Below are positions 9,509 through 23,800 of a stretch of DNA of 62,939 bases, piece by piece. Within the stretch, counting starts at the first letter, position 1, and every line of letters begins with the position of its first letter. The DNA is from Catajapyx aquilonaris (taxonomy: Eukaryota): NCBI GenBank assembly GCA_000934665.2, contig KZ538546.1, positions 1 through 62,939 on the forward strand, read 5' to 3'. The notes under the pieces are model-generated. The model saw only the letters and a program-made list of their open reading frames with translations, was not told where the DNA came from and did no database searches. Position numbers and translations under genes: made by a program.

Positions 9509-12500
9509 TCAGATGGGTCTCGTAAAATTGGCTGGAAACAGACCCTTCTCTCCAGATGACTCCTTGACACCCATCAACCAGCCCTCCTCCTGCAAGCATA
9601 TAAATTCCAGCTTAGTTGCCCATCCACACACACAGTAGCATACAACCAACCTGTTCTTCAGGATCGTCATATTCAATCACTTGAATGACTTCTCCAACAT
9701 CAAATGAGAGCTCATCCACGTCTTCTTGGTTGTATTTGTATGTGGCACGAACCCTGTACAATACTCCAGGTGGCAGGTCATCTGTTGTGGCACCTGCAAG
9801 GTTTTGTATCTTATGACAGTTCTATTCACTAGTTTTTGAACTAAGCAAACTACATGTTATGCCAGAGATTCTGTAACAAACAACAGTTCACATTTCCATG
9901 CTTCAAGCCAAATGCACACTTCACAGGTTCAAGTAATCATCTGGACCTAACAATTGCACGTGCCATTGCAGTAGTTACTGTTTGAATGCTCTGACACGCA
10001 AAGCACATTTTATGTTACACATGCAGCCACTGAGCAAACTTGATAGTCAGATATGAATTACGACTCCTAATGCAGGAGTAGCATCACACTGGTCTTTATA
10101 TGAACATAGAGGCAAATCTGGTAGCAACCCACTTTATTTGAGTTTTCAGCCACAATGCAGAAACATGCTTGCACATAATGCAGCATATTTCACCAAGTGT
10201 ATGCAACAATAGGAAAACTCACTGTTCTCTCCCTTGCTTTCGGCCAGTCTCTAGATACCCAGTTGTTGAATACACTTAACAATTTATGAGCATGCCCATG
10301 TCACTTTTGGGGAATGGCACTGTAGCTGCATGTGTGAATTAAGGTAAGAAATCTTTTTCTTTGACTGAGAACCTTATTGTCAGACTTCTAGTGGGTTTGA
10401 AACATTCCCTAAGTTACAGGGAAATAACACAATGGATATCTGTGAGGATTCAGTAATTAACAATCTTTTATTTGTCATAAACTTCTTTCAATGAAAATGC
10501 CCCACTGGGATAGAAGATTGAAAATCCTAATCTTCGCCTATATTTAAACATATTTGGAAATAATTACATACTTGTCCAGTGTCAAACAAGTTTGGAAAAA
10601 TCCCTCTCCTGGTTTGTCAGTGATAACAAAGTTACTGCCACACAGCTGTGAGGTAATGAAACCCCCATTCACACTCCCCTCCAAGTCACCCAATCACTAC
10701 CACCTCTTTTTGGGGATCCAAAAAAATCTATTTTAGGTGATCCATAACAAACAAAACGGCAATGAACGGCGGTGTTGTCCAGTGGCTGTATGAAAAACAA
10801 GCCCTCGCACAAGAGGGGTAATTGCAAAACTTTCCTAAGAGTGGAGCAAATTGATGTCTCTGCATTATGTTTTTAAAAGGCGAAGAAAGGTTCATTCCCA
10901 TATCCTAGTTGTGTGTGTGGTATCTATTTAGATTTATTTACTAAAAAATAAAAGATTGCTTATTTCCTCTTGCATGTGTGCAATATTTGTTCACTATGTT
11001 ATTATTCCTTACATCAAGAGGCAGCAATTGAGATGACTGGTAAGTCATCGTTGTCCCCCCCCCCCCCCACCCCCCGTTCATAATTTTTTTTACAAATTTA
11101 TACTTAGGTGCGAAAATCTATGTAGTGTCCATTTCCATGGCTTGAGCCATGTTGTGAAATCTCCTGGCTGGAGTACTCACCAATAGGGATGTCATAGAGC
11201 TCCTCGACATGCTTTCTGTCACTATTTGGAGGGAGAGGCTTAGCATTACCATTGGGAGTGTTCCCAATTTGACAGCTTGTTTCCATTGGCTCATACTCTT
11301 TCAAAACGTCTGTGTCCTGCTTGGACTTTCTGTTGGAAGTCTCGGGCTTTCTGGGACTCGCTAAAACATTGTTCGACAGAACATGTTAGCTGTACAACAA
11401 TGGCCAACTTGTACAATTTTTAATTCACGCATGTTTTCATGCACAGTGCCCCGGATGCCTTAATTATATTATGCTAGTATTTTGAAATGTTAACTACATA
11501 AAGAGTGCTGACAGACAGGTAATGAAGATTCACTGTATTATGGTACTTTACTGCAAAGTTGAGAACCACAGCCAATAATGTACAGAAGCCAAGAAGGAAG
11601 AGAACATTCCTTACATAAAACATCGAACTTCAGAAATGTTCGATATATTACCATTGCTCAAAAGGTACAAAATTATGCTTCCAGTATGCAGCAAAAATGT
11701 ACAAAACATAGCTGAATTTTACAGCAAAAAGTGATGTGATCTTCAAAGTACAGGGAAATGTCCACATTCTTTTTTCACTTGAAAGCATCTGTTGCATCCA
11801 TACAGGGTGGTGCATTGCCTGAATCCACATTCCAAGAAGGCAGAAAGAGAAGAAATCACAGGAATGTTTACTCCAGTGACCAACTGAAATGGGGTCTTCT
11901 GACAGTTCCATGAAAGTTGCTAGTCCCTTAATTCATCTGAACCAATCTGATTCACTTGCAATATTTGAGAAACTATCAGTGACAACAATAGTGACAATAA
12001 AAGTGATTGAAAAGTGAGAAGAGTGAAGACTCATTAATGCAAGTGAGTTAACTATTCTATCACAAAATTAACTACATACTATCCTGAGATTTGATATACT
12101 ATCAAGAAGTTAGGTATACTACCCATTCTGTACCAAACGTTTTCCTAAATTTACCACTTTGATTTGTTCCAGGACTATTGCAAGAAAGGTTGTGGGAAGC
12201 TATCAAAAAATATTTTCATTGTTGGCCTTCATGAGTGGCAAAGGGCAGCAAGGGAAACAATGGTGTCCTACAATCCACTAATACTTTTGATAGCCATTAA
12301 AGTAATGTAACTGCTCAAATTATGTAGATTAGTGCTAACAACAGCCACAGCAATCAGAGAAGTGATCACCCTGTATAGCCAGGTGTTACATAGTGTAACT
12401 TGGGACCCACACTTTCCTAGATGAAAAAATAGAAAGGCCTTCAAAAAATGAAACTCGATATAATGGGCTGACATACCTGAATTATTGGGATCTAATACGA

Positions 12501-15500
12501 TTCCATCATTGCTATATATACCAGGACAGCACCATTCAATGTGAGAATTGCCACATTGCATTGCATGTAAAGTGAAGAAATGAGTGAAGAGAAAAATGAG
12601 GTACTTAGAACAAAAGTGGCCCAAGTCCAAAAAAATAATGCTACAAAAATTGACCTGAAATGCCCCATGGCAGAGGCAATTCTCCTTGGGGCATAAATAT
12701 GATTACTCCATCTACTGGCCAAATGTCCAAATTAGGACCTACACCAACTGTGGACCAACTTGGAGTAGTCTTATGAGCGTGATGGCGGTCGCTTCTCGGC
12801 AGTGGCAAATATGGACTTGGGCCACTTTTGTTCTAAGCGCCTCAAATATACAGATTGTCCTAGCATCCTATATTTAGGATGTCTTGTAACTTCTGTTGTA
12901 ATTAAAATACACTGAACTATTTTTTTCTATCTTAGTTTCTGCCTTCTAACACATGACTTAAATATTATTAAAATATCATAAGTAGATCAACCTTGGGAAC
13001 AAATGGGTTAATATCGCTAACAGTAACTTGGGTAGGTTTACCACGTATAGATACAACAATGTAACTTGCAAGTGACACATTCTTTTGAGCTGATCACAAG
13101 TTATTTGTATTTTTTCACAATATGGTTGAGTTCTCCAATATTTGTCAGCAACCCAACATTTGTGCAGTTTATCAATTTTGGCCCAGTAAAATGTATTGCA
13201 GGTTATGTTACTACAATACACACACAAAAAAAAACAACTCAGCACCTTGATGGAAAATGTTAGCACTAACAATCCTACACTGATAATGAGCATTTCACAC
13301 TATCCATAATTAGACTTTTTATCCATATCAGGTACTATATCGCTCAAAAACACAGACAATTTTGCATTTGATTCAAGTGCAGCTCTATGTTTTTGAGTGA
13401 TATAGTACATATCCACATGAGAAGTAACAATCAATGCTGGGAAGATATCCAAGAAATATTTGGCTTCAGGCCATTTGTTGAATTAAACAAACTTATATCT
13501 ACGACCTGATGTAACACTTCTTTGGTTATGCAATCGACATACGACGGCTATTTTTTAATTAGTTCCGATGAGCTGTGAAATAAAAAACCAGAGTAATGAA
13601 ACATATTTTAATACTCACAAAAGTGAGACTCATCCTTCTGCTACTTCTCCACATAGTTACCTTCCCAATTTAGTCACTTTTCATAATGTGGAGCCATATT
13701 TTGTAACCCTAATACAATCGACGCTCCGGTTCCAAATGTTATGTTCTCCCTGTAATTTGATTTCTCCAAGCCTAGGACACAACACAGCCGAAATTCTTAG
13801 GAGATCGTGTAATCTGTATGGAGAAACGTGCATGAGTGACATTGATGTGTCAGAATTTACAAGAAGGGCGAATTGATGTCCATGATGAGGCAGGTTAGGG
13901 GAGAAAGTCAGTGGTGGTGACTTATGATATTGTTGAAAAGTCAATATTATAGTTTTGGAGCTACTCGGGTTACAATTTCTGACCTGTCTGACGATTTTCC
14001 CCCACATTCAGTCTTTTCTTTACGACATAGTGACAGGAAAGCTGGGCTATCACTATCATTATGCAAACTGGGAAGAGTTGAAAAAGTGTGTGATGGGAAA
14101 GGCTCAGTATCCAGGTGGCAACCTTCCATGGGGAAGGCATACAAAAAATGGTGTCACGTTATTACAAGTTATTCAATTGGGATGGTGACTATGTGGAAAA
14201 GTAGCATAAGAATGTAGGTGTCTTCTGTAAGGATTAAATTTTTTTCATTGCTCTTGTTTTTATTTCACAGCCCTTTAGAACTTAATTTTAAGATAGCCCT
14301 CGTACATCAGATGTATGTCTAATGGAGAAGGAATGTTCATCAGTTCAAAACCCAACTGCACAAGTCATAGGCAATATGAAAATATTTTCCTTTCAGCATA
14401 GTTCACTTGGTTATTTAGGTATGTAATTCTAAGATTTCCTACTTTTCTTATTCCCAACTGATAATTCATGGTTGGGCTTCCACTGGCCACACTGTAAGTT
14501 GTTATAGCCTGTTTCCATAACTATACTTTTCTGTTCAGAGGACAACAAGAAAACATTTATTTGAACAGGCATTTATTGTGAAAATTTATTGTCCAGAGAT
14601 GCATGAGGATGCATAAATGGAGAGATATATATTTTTTTAAACATTTTGCAGTGTGTACAGCACAGAACTTCATGAACATACCTAGCATGTACAGTACTAT
14701 CGGCACAGAAATGGTCCGGACACTTGTCAATGGTCAGCCTACCTCCAAGTGTCCGGACCATTTCCGTGCTGATAGTGCATGAGAAGGTTCTTGCATTACA
14801 CTTATTAAAAACCGAAAATACTTCCAACTAGCAAAGAGTGTAACAAAATTCCACCAGAACAAAATTGGCTCCCTGGTGTGGTTGGCATGCTAATTGGCTG
14901 ATATACATCGTGCAAACTGAACTGCACAAATTAAAAAGCAACTGCAAGAGAGCATGCAAATATGTCATGTGTCCCATTCAACAAAACAATAATTGCCATG
15001 TTAGCAACTACTTCAAGTCCTTGCACAATTCTGACAACTCATGGCAATGCCTGTCAGTGATGGAGAAGATGACTTGCATATTCTCCAGTAGTCTAGGTAT
15101 TAAATGCCACGAAAGATGCACAAACGACATGTGATGCAGAAAAAAAGTAGAGATGAAAGGAGGACAGTGTCTCTTGGTAAGTGCTGTCTGCAAAGTAGGG
15201 GCTGTAACGTCATACCAAACGTTTACAAGCCCACAACGGAATCCTAACATGAAAGTGTGAATTATGTGCTCTGCCACACTGTAAGTGTTGTGGCAATAAG
15301 GAGTGTGTAGAAAGTAAATTCTTCTCCCTTAAAACCAAAAGACAGGGAAACAAAAAGAGTGGGTCCATCCAAAAAAAAACCAAATAAAGGTTTCATTAGG
15401 GCTTCAGACTCCTTCTGGCCTCGATATCCAGAATTCTAAGCAAAGTAAAAAGTGCCTTCCCAGACTGTGGTCTGCGAGTGTTGAAGTGAAGTTTTGTCGT

Positions 15501-17826
15501 GGCGACAGAAAAACGAAGGGGAGAAGGCAAGCTTGACACTTACTTGGTTGATTGTCACTATCAACCAATCCATTAGCTGCTCTGGGAACTGGGGACCCAG
15601 ACCCTGGTTCAGATCCTCCTTTCTTCTCTAAACTGTTAGTTACATCATTCTCCTCTAATGGCGGCAGTTCAAACTCACCTTTCACTGGGGACATTGGTGA
15701 CATGTTGATACTGAAAGACAGGAAGTATGAACTTGTATGTCAACAAATGAGGCATTAATGCAACAAGTCCAATTTTGTCTTTACCTGGAGTTGATAGCTG
15801 TTGGTGATTTCGGGGAATTTGATGAATTTCTCTTCACAGTGTAAGATCCCTTCTGGTGTTCCTTTGTGAGTTTGTCCACTATGGCTTCCAATTCACTGTA
15901 AACCTACAACCCAAAATCGAAAGTAGGTATGCTGCATAGGGGTTCTCTTCCAAAAAGTACACCAACCTTGGCAGTTTCAGCATGGAACAGCTGTTCTGAA
16001 GCAAACATAGTTTGCAAATTGGTGACCAGGAATAATATCCTCGACTCAAACAGTGCTGGTAGCTCATCATGAAGCTCACTGTTTAGAACTTCATATGTTC
16101 TTTTGGCATCTTCAAGCTGCTCTTTACACTTGTCTATTTTGACCCCATCTCTTTTCTTGGGATTATTCTTGAGAGACTGGAAGTTGTGACGCTGGCTGTC
16201 ATAGTCCACAAGCTTTCTTCCACGTTTGTCGATTTTTTTCTGCAAATCAAGAAAAAATTAGCTTTCACAAGTTCATAAGTCTGAGGAATTCATGGTTCTA
16301 ATGCTATCTGTTAAATATCCAAACTAGTTTCATTTCTTACCCTCATTTCTGGAAATTGACTTTGATATGTATTGAGAGGAATCAGCACTTGGTCCGCCAG
16401 TTTGTGACTAAAATCTTGCCATAGCATGTCCACATTTTGGGCTTGCACATGGTAAAGTTCCTGTCCCACCCAGTCCGGTTCATATACATCATTCAGAATG
16501 TCCATGAGATTCTTGCTAGAGGACTGTAGTGCTGCATTTTTAAAAAAAACATGCAAGCTGTTGAGCTCAGTATGGCTATGCTATATAAATCATACACTAT
16601 AAAAATAGCAATTGACATGAACAGTCTCACCTACCATCTGACTCGCAGGTATGCACATAGGGGTTTCATCACTTACCTCTTACACACCTGATGTAATTGT
16701 TCAATTCTTTTTGTAGTCTATTGGCAGCACTCTGCTGCCTGGTAAAATTTGAAACGTGCTCATCAAAGATCTCATCAGCTGTCCTGTCAACTTTCCCAAG
16801 ATTTTGTAAAATCTGCAAAAATTAGAAAAGACATGAGGCAAAGAATTCTGTTCGTGGATCATCACACCAGTGATCTAGAAGAAAAAGGCTATCATTGACC
16901 ACTTTCAAATCAGTAATGCGCTTTTAGGCACTTGGGCTGTTGACTGACACTAGTAGGTATTGGGACATTAACTGTTTCAAATTATGAACGAAGATAGTAT
17001 GCTGCATCCAGTCTGAGAGGTGTTATCCCCGCCGGGAATCGAACCCGGGACCCTGCCCACTAAGAGAGCAGTGCTCTGCCACTAAGCTACAGGGATCAGC
17101 AACAACCTCCATTGAACGATGACCCACATTGTTTGGGGATGAAATATATGGTGGTTGGGTAGGAAGCTAAAAATCCAGTGCCACACTCTGTGCTACATTG
17201 TACAGAGTTGCCATGTGCCCATGTGCAGTGCAATTCAGCAATATTATACCTTTCTAATCACAATGCCTACTTTACTATAAATGTGTATAAAACAAAAGGT
17301 CCTGAAATAAACTTTGCCAAACAAACGACCACCGCTGCCATTATGTAACTGGCATTTCATACACACACTATTTATGGAAAAAACATAACCTAAAAAAGCT
17401 CCACAACAGTGGAGTGTTCCTAACATTTTATTGTCAGTATCCCATTCACTAAATGTGCTTCCAATATTATTCAAGGACGCTATCCATGTGTATCGGGACG
17501 TGATGCTGATCTGCGTCGTCAACATCCATAAACATCATCAATACCGCAATTTTTATTTGATTTCGCAATCAGCACTTCCAACTTCGTAAAAATGGGCAAC
17601 CTTGCGCCATATCTCTCGATTATTGACAAAATAAAAGAAGGAGTGTTAATCAGCAAAAGGCGGTTCCCAACGTGTGACGCTTACATCGCGGAACCATTGC
17701 ACACTCGACTTGGAGCCTTCATGGACTCTCACGTTCTCGTTCACATGCCAAAAAAAGTTGCAATAATTACGAGACTCGTTATCATCTCTGGCTGCTCACA
17801 CCTTCACAACTCACAACACTTTGCGG

Positions 17827-17879
<53 letters not shown>

Positions 17880-20800
17880 CGGTTTGTTTTGCGTGGTTTA
17901 TCAACAGTCGAGACCTTCACATATTGTGGTCCGCAGCCTCAAGGTGGTCAGACTTTCACCTGGAGCCAGCCAGGCATCACTGGCTTCTCTTCCGGATAAC
18001 GGAAAAATCATGTCCACCCCCCACCCCACCCCCCACTTCCCAACCCCAATCATCCCCAGCATCCTGAAGAAGTCTGGCTGGCGGCCGATTGTCGGTCGTC
18101 CCAACATTCCGTTGGCTTCCGGCCCATTGGGACTCTCCGAAACCCAATACCCCAGCACCCCCATATCGTTCACTGCCAGTATCGATTGAGAGAGAAAAAG
18201 TACACTTGTACAGGATACGACATAAGTCGCCTCAGAAATTTCGGCAGATTAATCTAGGTCTAGGGGTGCATGCTGCACATGTCACACCCTTTGCCTTCCA
18301 AGCCTCGCCTAATAAGAATCTTAGGTGTGTGGAGCCACAGGGTGGGTGGTACAGGTGCCCAGGATCAACTCCCTACGCTGGATGCATGTCCTTTTTTGGT
18401 GCCTTGAGAATCAACCTACATGACTGCTACGCACACCTACGAGACACGGGCAGGTAAATGCTCTCGAGGCATATGGTGCAGCAGGAAGTACCTAAAGTTG
18501 CCAAATATCAAGCAGAAATAATTATCATCATTAATCATTGTCAACACTATGACATTATAGAGGGTATATGCCCTACCATCTCCATCAGCGCCCTGTGACT
18601 CTGGACCAGATCTTTGGGTCACTCACCTAGCCATTTTTAGGCGGTCAAGCCCGTCTGGAAAGGGCACTGACCGCCATTGCATACCATTTCCGAAAAGGTC
18701 TGTACAACCGATGGGACCGTCTACACTCTACAGTGTCCGCGAAGGTCGGCAGCCCCTCCGCTCGGGAGGAGGTTGCAATATATAGCAGACACGTCATGTG
18801 TATCTCGAGTAGAGGACAATCTTAGCAGCATGCAAATTGCCCGTTTTTAGGCGGTCAGGTATTGCGGATGGTAAGAGCGGACCCGCCGCCTCACGTCTCC
18901 TTGGGATTGTCCTTGGGCTGCCAACAACCTTGCATTGCAACAACGTAGGTCTAACTGCTTCCCACGGGCTATAAATCCCTATTGCGCTAACCTACGCATC
19001 TCCCTTTCATGCATAAAATAAACCTGGTTGCCAACTGTCGCAGAAGCGGAACCTGTGTTCACACGGGTGTCGTTGTTGTTAGGCAGCTCAACGACAAGGA
19101 CATGCCACTCTGATGGGCTACTTCCACGTAGGAACTGCAATATCCACTCGGTCGAAACAATGAATGAGCGTGGAAATGAAGCACAACGTGCCAGTACGTC
19201 CATCCAGTTGGCCCATTTCCACCCAAAAAGACCGCACTGTACGGCAGTTAATCCTCGCATGATCTTCGAAATGTCGCGTCCCACACGCACCGTCACATGC
19301 GCCCACACCTCCGGCCATTCAAGAGACTGACGGTGGGCGAACTAAAGGTCGCCCGTGTCCACTTTAAACAGCCTTCAAGGTCAGAAAATGGACATCCTTT
19401 GCATACAGTTGGAGGAAAAGATGAGGACTTCTTGGCAACGTCGCGACTACACGCAGTCACTTGTGTCATGCAATTGATCCCATTACACAGTGTCGATTGC
19501 GATGCACTGTGTTTGTTTATGTATGGTGCACTGGGTGTTACGTATATCCGCGGTTAGGCTTGCATTGGGCGTGACCTAAGACCAAATTCTGGTTCAATGT
19601 GTCAATGACAGTGAGAATGATTGGAACATTAGGGCCATTCACACTGCACCAAAGTTACGTGACTGGATCATTTTAAAATTGTCACTGATTGATTTGCATT
19701 TTTGGTTCAACATAGGTTTGGCTATACTTCACTAGAATAAATGTAATTTTTTTTAAATTAATTCTTGCATATGGCTGTGCCACCAGCATGACGTGCTTTA
19801 TGGACAATCCATCTACAATAAATTATGGATACAAATCATTTTTGTCCTATTAGCGCTCTGGCCACATTGTTGCGATATTTATCATTTCCTTGCTCAGCCA
19901 ACCACTTTAATTACTTACATTGTACCCTATTACCTCGACAACAAAGCATTATTAAGCGCACTTTAACGCTGCCGCTGGCACCTTGAGTGCCACCTTGGTG
20001 CGTCTAGCAACCTGCAATAACTCTTCCCTTTACCCCTTGTTAACATACTATTTGGCTATAAAAATAACAAGCATATCCACCGTTTCTTAGGGAGTATTTT
20101 GGTTTAAAGGCCGCTACGCCTGGCGAGTAGACTTCACGCGACATGAGAGAAGCGTTTAAGGTTCCATACCCAGACAGGATAAAACGAAGCTCTCCAAGGA
20201 CAATAGCTCCGATCTTTTTGCCACTAGAAACTCCGGAATGTTGTTTGCCACTGCTGGAAACAGCAAGGTCCCCAAGTCCCTGTGGATGAGTAAGTTGGTG
20301 GAGAATTTAACCAAAGTTTTAAGCCCCGACCTATCTCGGTCTTTGTCTGGAGGAAGTTCCAACTCGGGATATATCTTACGCCATGCGGATACCCAATACC
20401 ATTCTCCTTCGAGAATTGCTGTTGGGCTAATGTACGGTTAGCAAATATTGCTGTGCTGCATTCTCCACCTCCCGTTTCCTGATGTTGTAACTAGGCACAA
20501 TTACGTGACGCAAAGCAATCCATCCCGGCTAACCAAGTTTTTAAAATAAAATAAAAAATCATCATGGGAGGTCAATTTTTTTAAAAGAATCTCTGCTTTA
20601 TTAACTGTGATTCTAATTTTGGCATTTGCCTTGTACATTCTAATAAACCCATAATTTTAGAAGCAATCACCATGCTGTATACCTGTTTTGCTACGGAGCG
20701 ATACACTTCACAAATCGGGTGAAAATTCGGCCTAAAAATAAATAGCTGGCATCAATAAAAAAGTTCAAAATTTCCGATACTAATTTAATCTGAGGTTATT

Positions 20801-23800
20801 TGTCACACATTATGAATATGAACCGAATAATTTTAATATAGTGAAGCTTATTGACTATAATGAACTTGGGATACAGCGTATGATTTTCAGTGTAGGCTAT
20901 TTCTGTCGCTTAAGGCGGATTTGTCAGCATTATGCGGATTAACATGGCAGTCAATTAAACCATTCAGACTGTTTATAAAATGGTTATTATTGTACTTCAA
21001 ATAATGGTTTCAAATCGAATAAGGAAACCAAAGTTTTCTTCCCTTTTCCTTATGTGAGGGGAGGGGGGGAGGGGGATCTCCACGCCCAAAATGTAAAATG
21101 CATAAGCCGACAACGAAACAATCGGCACAAGGTTCACTTTCGCATTCCTGTCACCCCGACTTGCCTTCCTCAGCTGAAAGAAACCCACACTTTTCGAGTC
21201 AATTAACCACTAACGTTAACCAACCAGGAAGATGAGTCACACGTTACTTCCGTCTCTTCCCCGCAAATAGAATGAACCTGGGAAACACCCACATCTTTCT
21301 CCTCCTTTTCCTGATCGTGAATTCCGGAAAAATTCGGTCGTCCTTTCCCTCCGGCCAAAATTTTAAAAAAACTTTTTAAAAAAAGTCTCCCCAGACGCAC
21401 CCAGTAGGTCGTCGGTCCATGTTCTGTAGAAGTGGAAAGGATTTTGGTTTAGGGCACAGGGTCGGTTGGAAGGTCAGTTTCCATCAGAAGATGAAGAAGT
21501 GTTCCCGATGGTGGTGCGGATGCACAGGGCAGGTGCCCAGAAATAAACCTTGTATGTGGGCCAAGAAGCCCGGGGCATCCAGGCTCAAGGGCCAAACGAG
21601 TGTGATGATCTCCGACTTTCCCTCCACCGATTCAGAAAACGCATCCTATTGACTAGGCCTGCTTTCTTTTTTGATCCATCAATCAGAAGAGTCAAATTTT
21701 ACTTTACAAAGAATCGAATGTCTAGAGAACAAGGTAATGTTTGAAGTTAAAGTTTATGAAACATTCTGGTGGTACGACCACTCTTACAATAGTAGCTGTC
21801 GGTGGTATCCGATGGATAACCGGCAGAATATACCCTATACTGTACAGTACGTCGATGTTTTTCTTGCCGGCACGGCGCAATGTCCCCAGCAACATTTTGA
21901 TGAAAAGGTGAAAGTCCGTTTTTTTTTACCTACTTGTATCAGGATTTGAAATTTCGTGGTTTGAATAATGCAATTTCGCAATTATTTTCATTTATAAATG
22001 GCCGCAAAGAACTGTAATTTTTTGTTTACCTATCGACGCGACGGGAGGCCACACCCGCATTCCACAAGACACGCTTTACACAGGTGAAAAATATTTGCGC
22101 AGTATACAACACTGGTTGTCTATAGAATGCCCACAATCCTTATGAGTGATGCCATCGTCCCATCGACATGCAAGCATACATGCAATTATAGATAGTTTTG
22201 TTTTCATTTTTACTATTGGGTCTCAGATTGCAGCCTAGCTAAAAAAAATATGCACAAAAATATATTGTATTAGGCGCATGGTAAGACATAAATAAGTAGT
22301 AGCACCATATTGTAGTCTACTTCTATAGCCTATTACTCTTATCATTACCAGTTATCGATACTTATCATTACTTCGCAGTTGTTACAAAAATAGCTCGAAA
22401 TGATAATGTATAATGGGTGGGTAATTCCGCAGTCTCTCCAAATGAATAATGTATGAAAACTGGACAATTATTTTGATGGCCTTAACAATTTAACATTAAA
22501 ACATAAAACATTCATGTGAATTGGACCATAACGGAGCTTTTGTACCCCATTTAAAGTAAAGCTGTAATTCTAGAGATGCTGCGTATATAGGGCACATTCA
22601 AAATGTAACCTGTCGTTAAAAAATCTAAATGTAAGCAAAAGGGAAAAAACGGAGGGGGGAGGGGGAAGCTTGCATAGTCAGTCACTAAGATTCCTAATGT
22701 ACATGTTTTTCTAAGATTACAATAGATATGATTTGTTCTAGCATGCTTTACCTTTGCCTCAACTGACACATGCAAACTTGTATATCTTCCAGCCTGCTTT
22801 AACTTGTAACATTTAAAGAAATTGTAACTTTTTAAACCCTTAGAAATAGAAGTTGGCTTTGTTTTGTAACCCCACTGCTTGGAAAAGTCCCTTCACAACA
22901 GACATCCACTATCACTTCCACTCGATGTTTATTATTTACAGCCCACTCAGACCTCTGTGAAGGCACGAGAACTCGGAAATGGGGTCACCACTGGTTCCAG
23001 ACCCTGAAGCAAGAGTGAATACAAGACCCATATTCAGCTGAAAAGTCTGTGATCAGGTACCGTTACGTGACGTGACCAAAGTGTGAAGAGCTGCTAAGAG
23101 CGACCCCTGTTTGGAATGACATTTTTCAAGGTATCTCTTCGGTGTTATTTCAGATGACACTTTTGCATATTTCAAGTCAGGGTTTTCAGCTCACGACTGC
23201 TCAAGATAATCAGGTGGTGTTGCATCAGAAGGTTCATGACAATCCATGTGCTGCCGTACAATGTTCCATTATACTATGTCGTTTTGTTAGTACTATCAAG
23301 TGAAGATTACGTCTTCCAAAATTTCATAACTGCTTTAGTGAAAGACGAGGAATTACAATAAACCTTGTGCAGGCCTAACTCACGCTATACAAGTTGTAAT
23401 ATTACAATAAAAATGGTTATCCAGTAATCTGACCAACTGTAGCTTATATGACTTTTCTACTCACTGTCTTTTCAATGTTGCTGTCCGTTTTTCCTTAAAT
23501 ATCGAAACCTTATTAATATAGGTACGATCATTTTAAATATACCTTCCCGCATACTAAAATCGGGTCTATTCATTCGATTTGATGTCACTGATTTTCTTAG
23601 GAACTACTGAATACATTTGACTTCGTGATTTGACATTTTGTGGCACAACAGCTGTGATGGCTATACTGAGCCAGTCAAAAAGGTTATGTTGTGCAAATAT
23701 GTTAATAGCATGAGATAAGATGACTTGACACCTCTTTAGTCTCTTCATCATTTCAGTCGGCCAAACTGCAACCCATATTAGGGCCTACTGCCCTATACTC

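Noticed and set aside
10200..10280. Candidate Amph cassette exon ending at GTGAGT
   Set aside because: Its exit phase (2) is incompatible with the phase-1 flanking exons.
13660..14230. Several 65-108-aa ORFs in the Amph intron as possible extra exons
   Set aside because: The best acceptor (about 14225) runs into stops in all frames, and there is no homology.
17592..18189. ORFs with poly-Tyr or poly-Ile
   Set aside because: They are microsatellite artefacts.
21390..21660. Possible alternative first exon of Amph
   Set aside because: The ATG-to-donor phase does not match exon 2.
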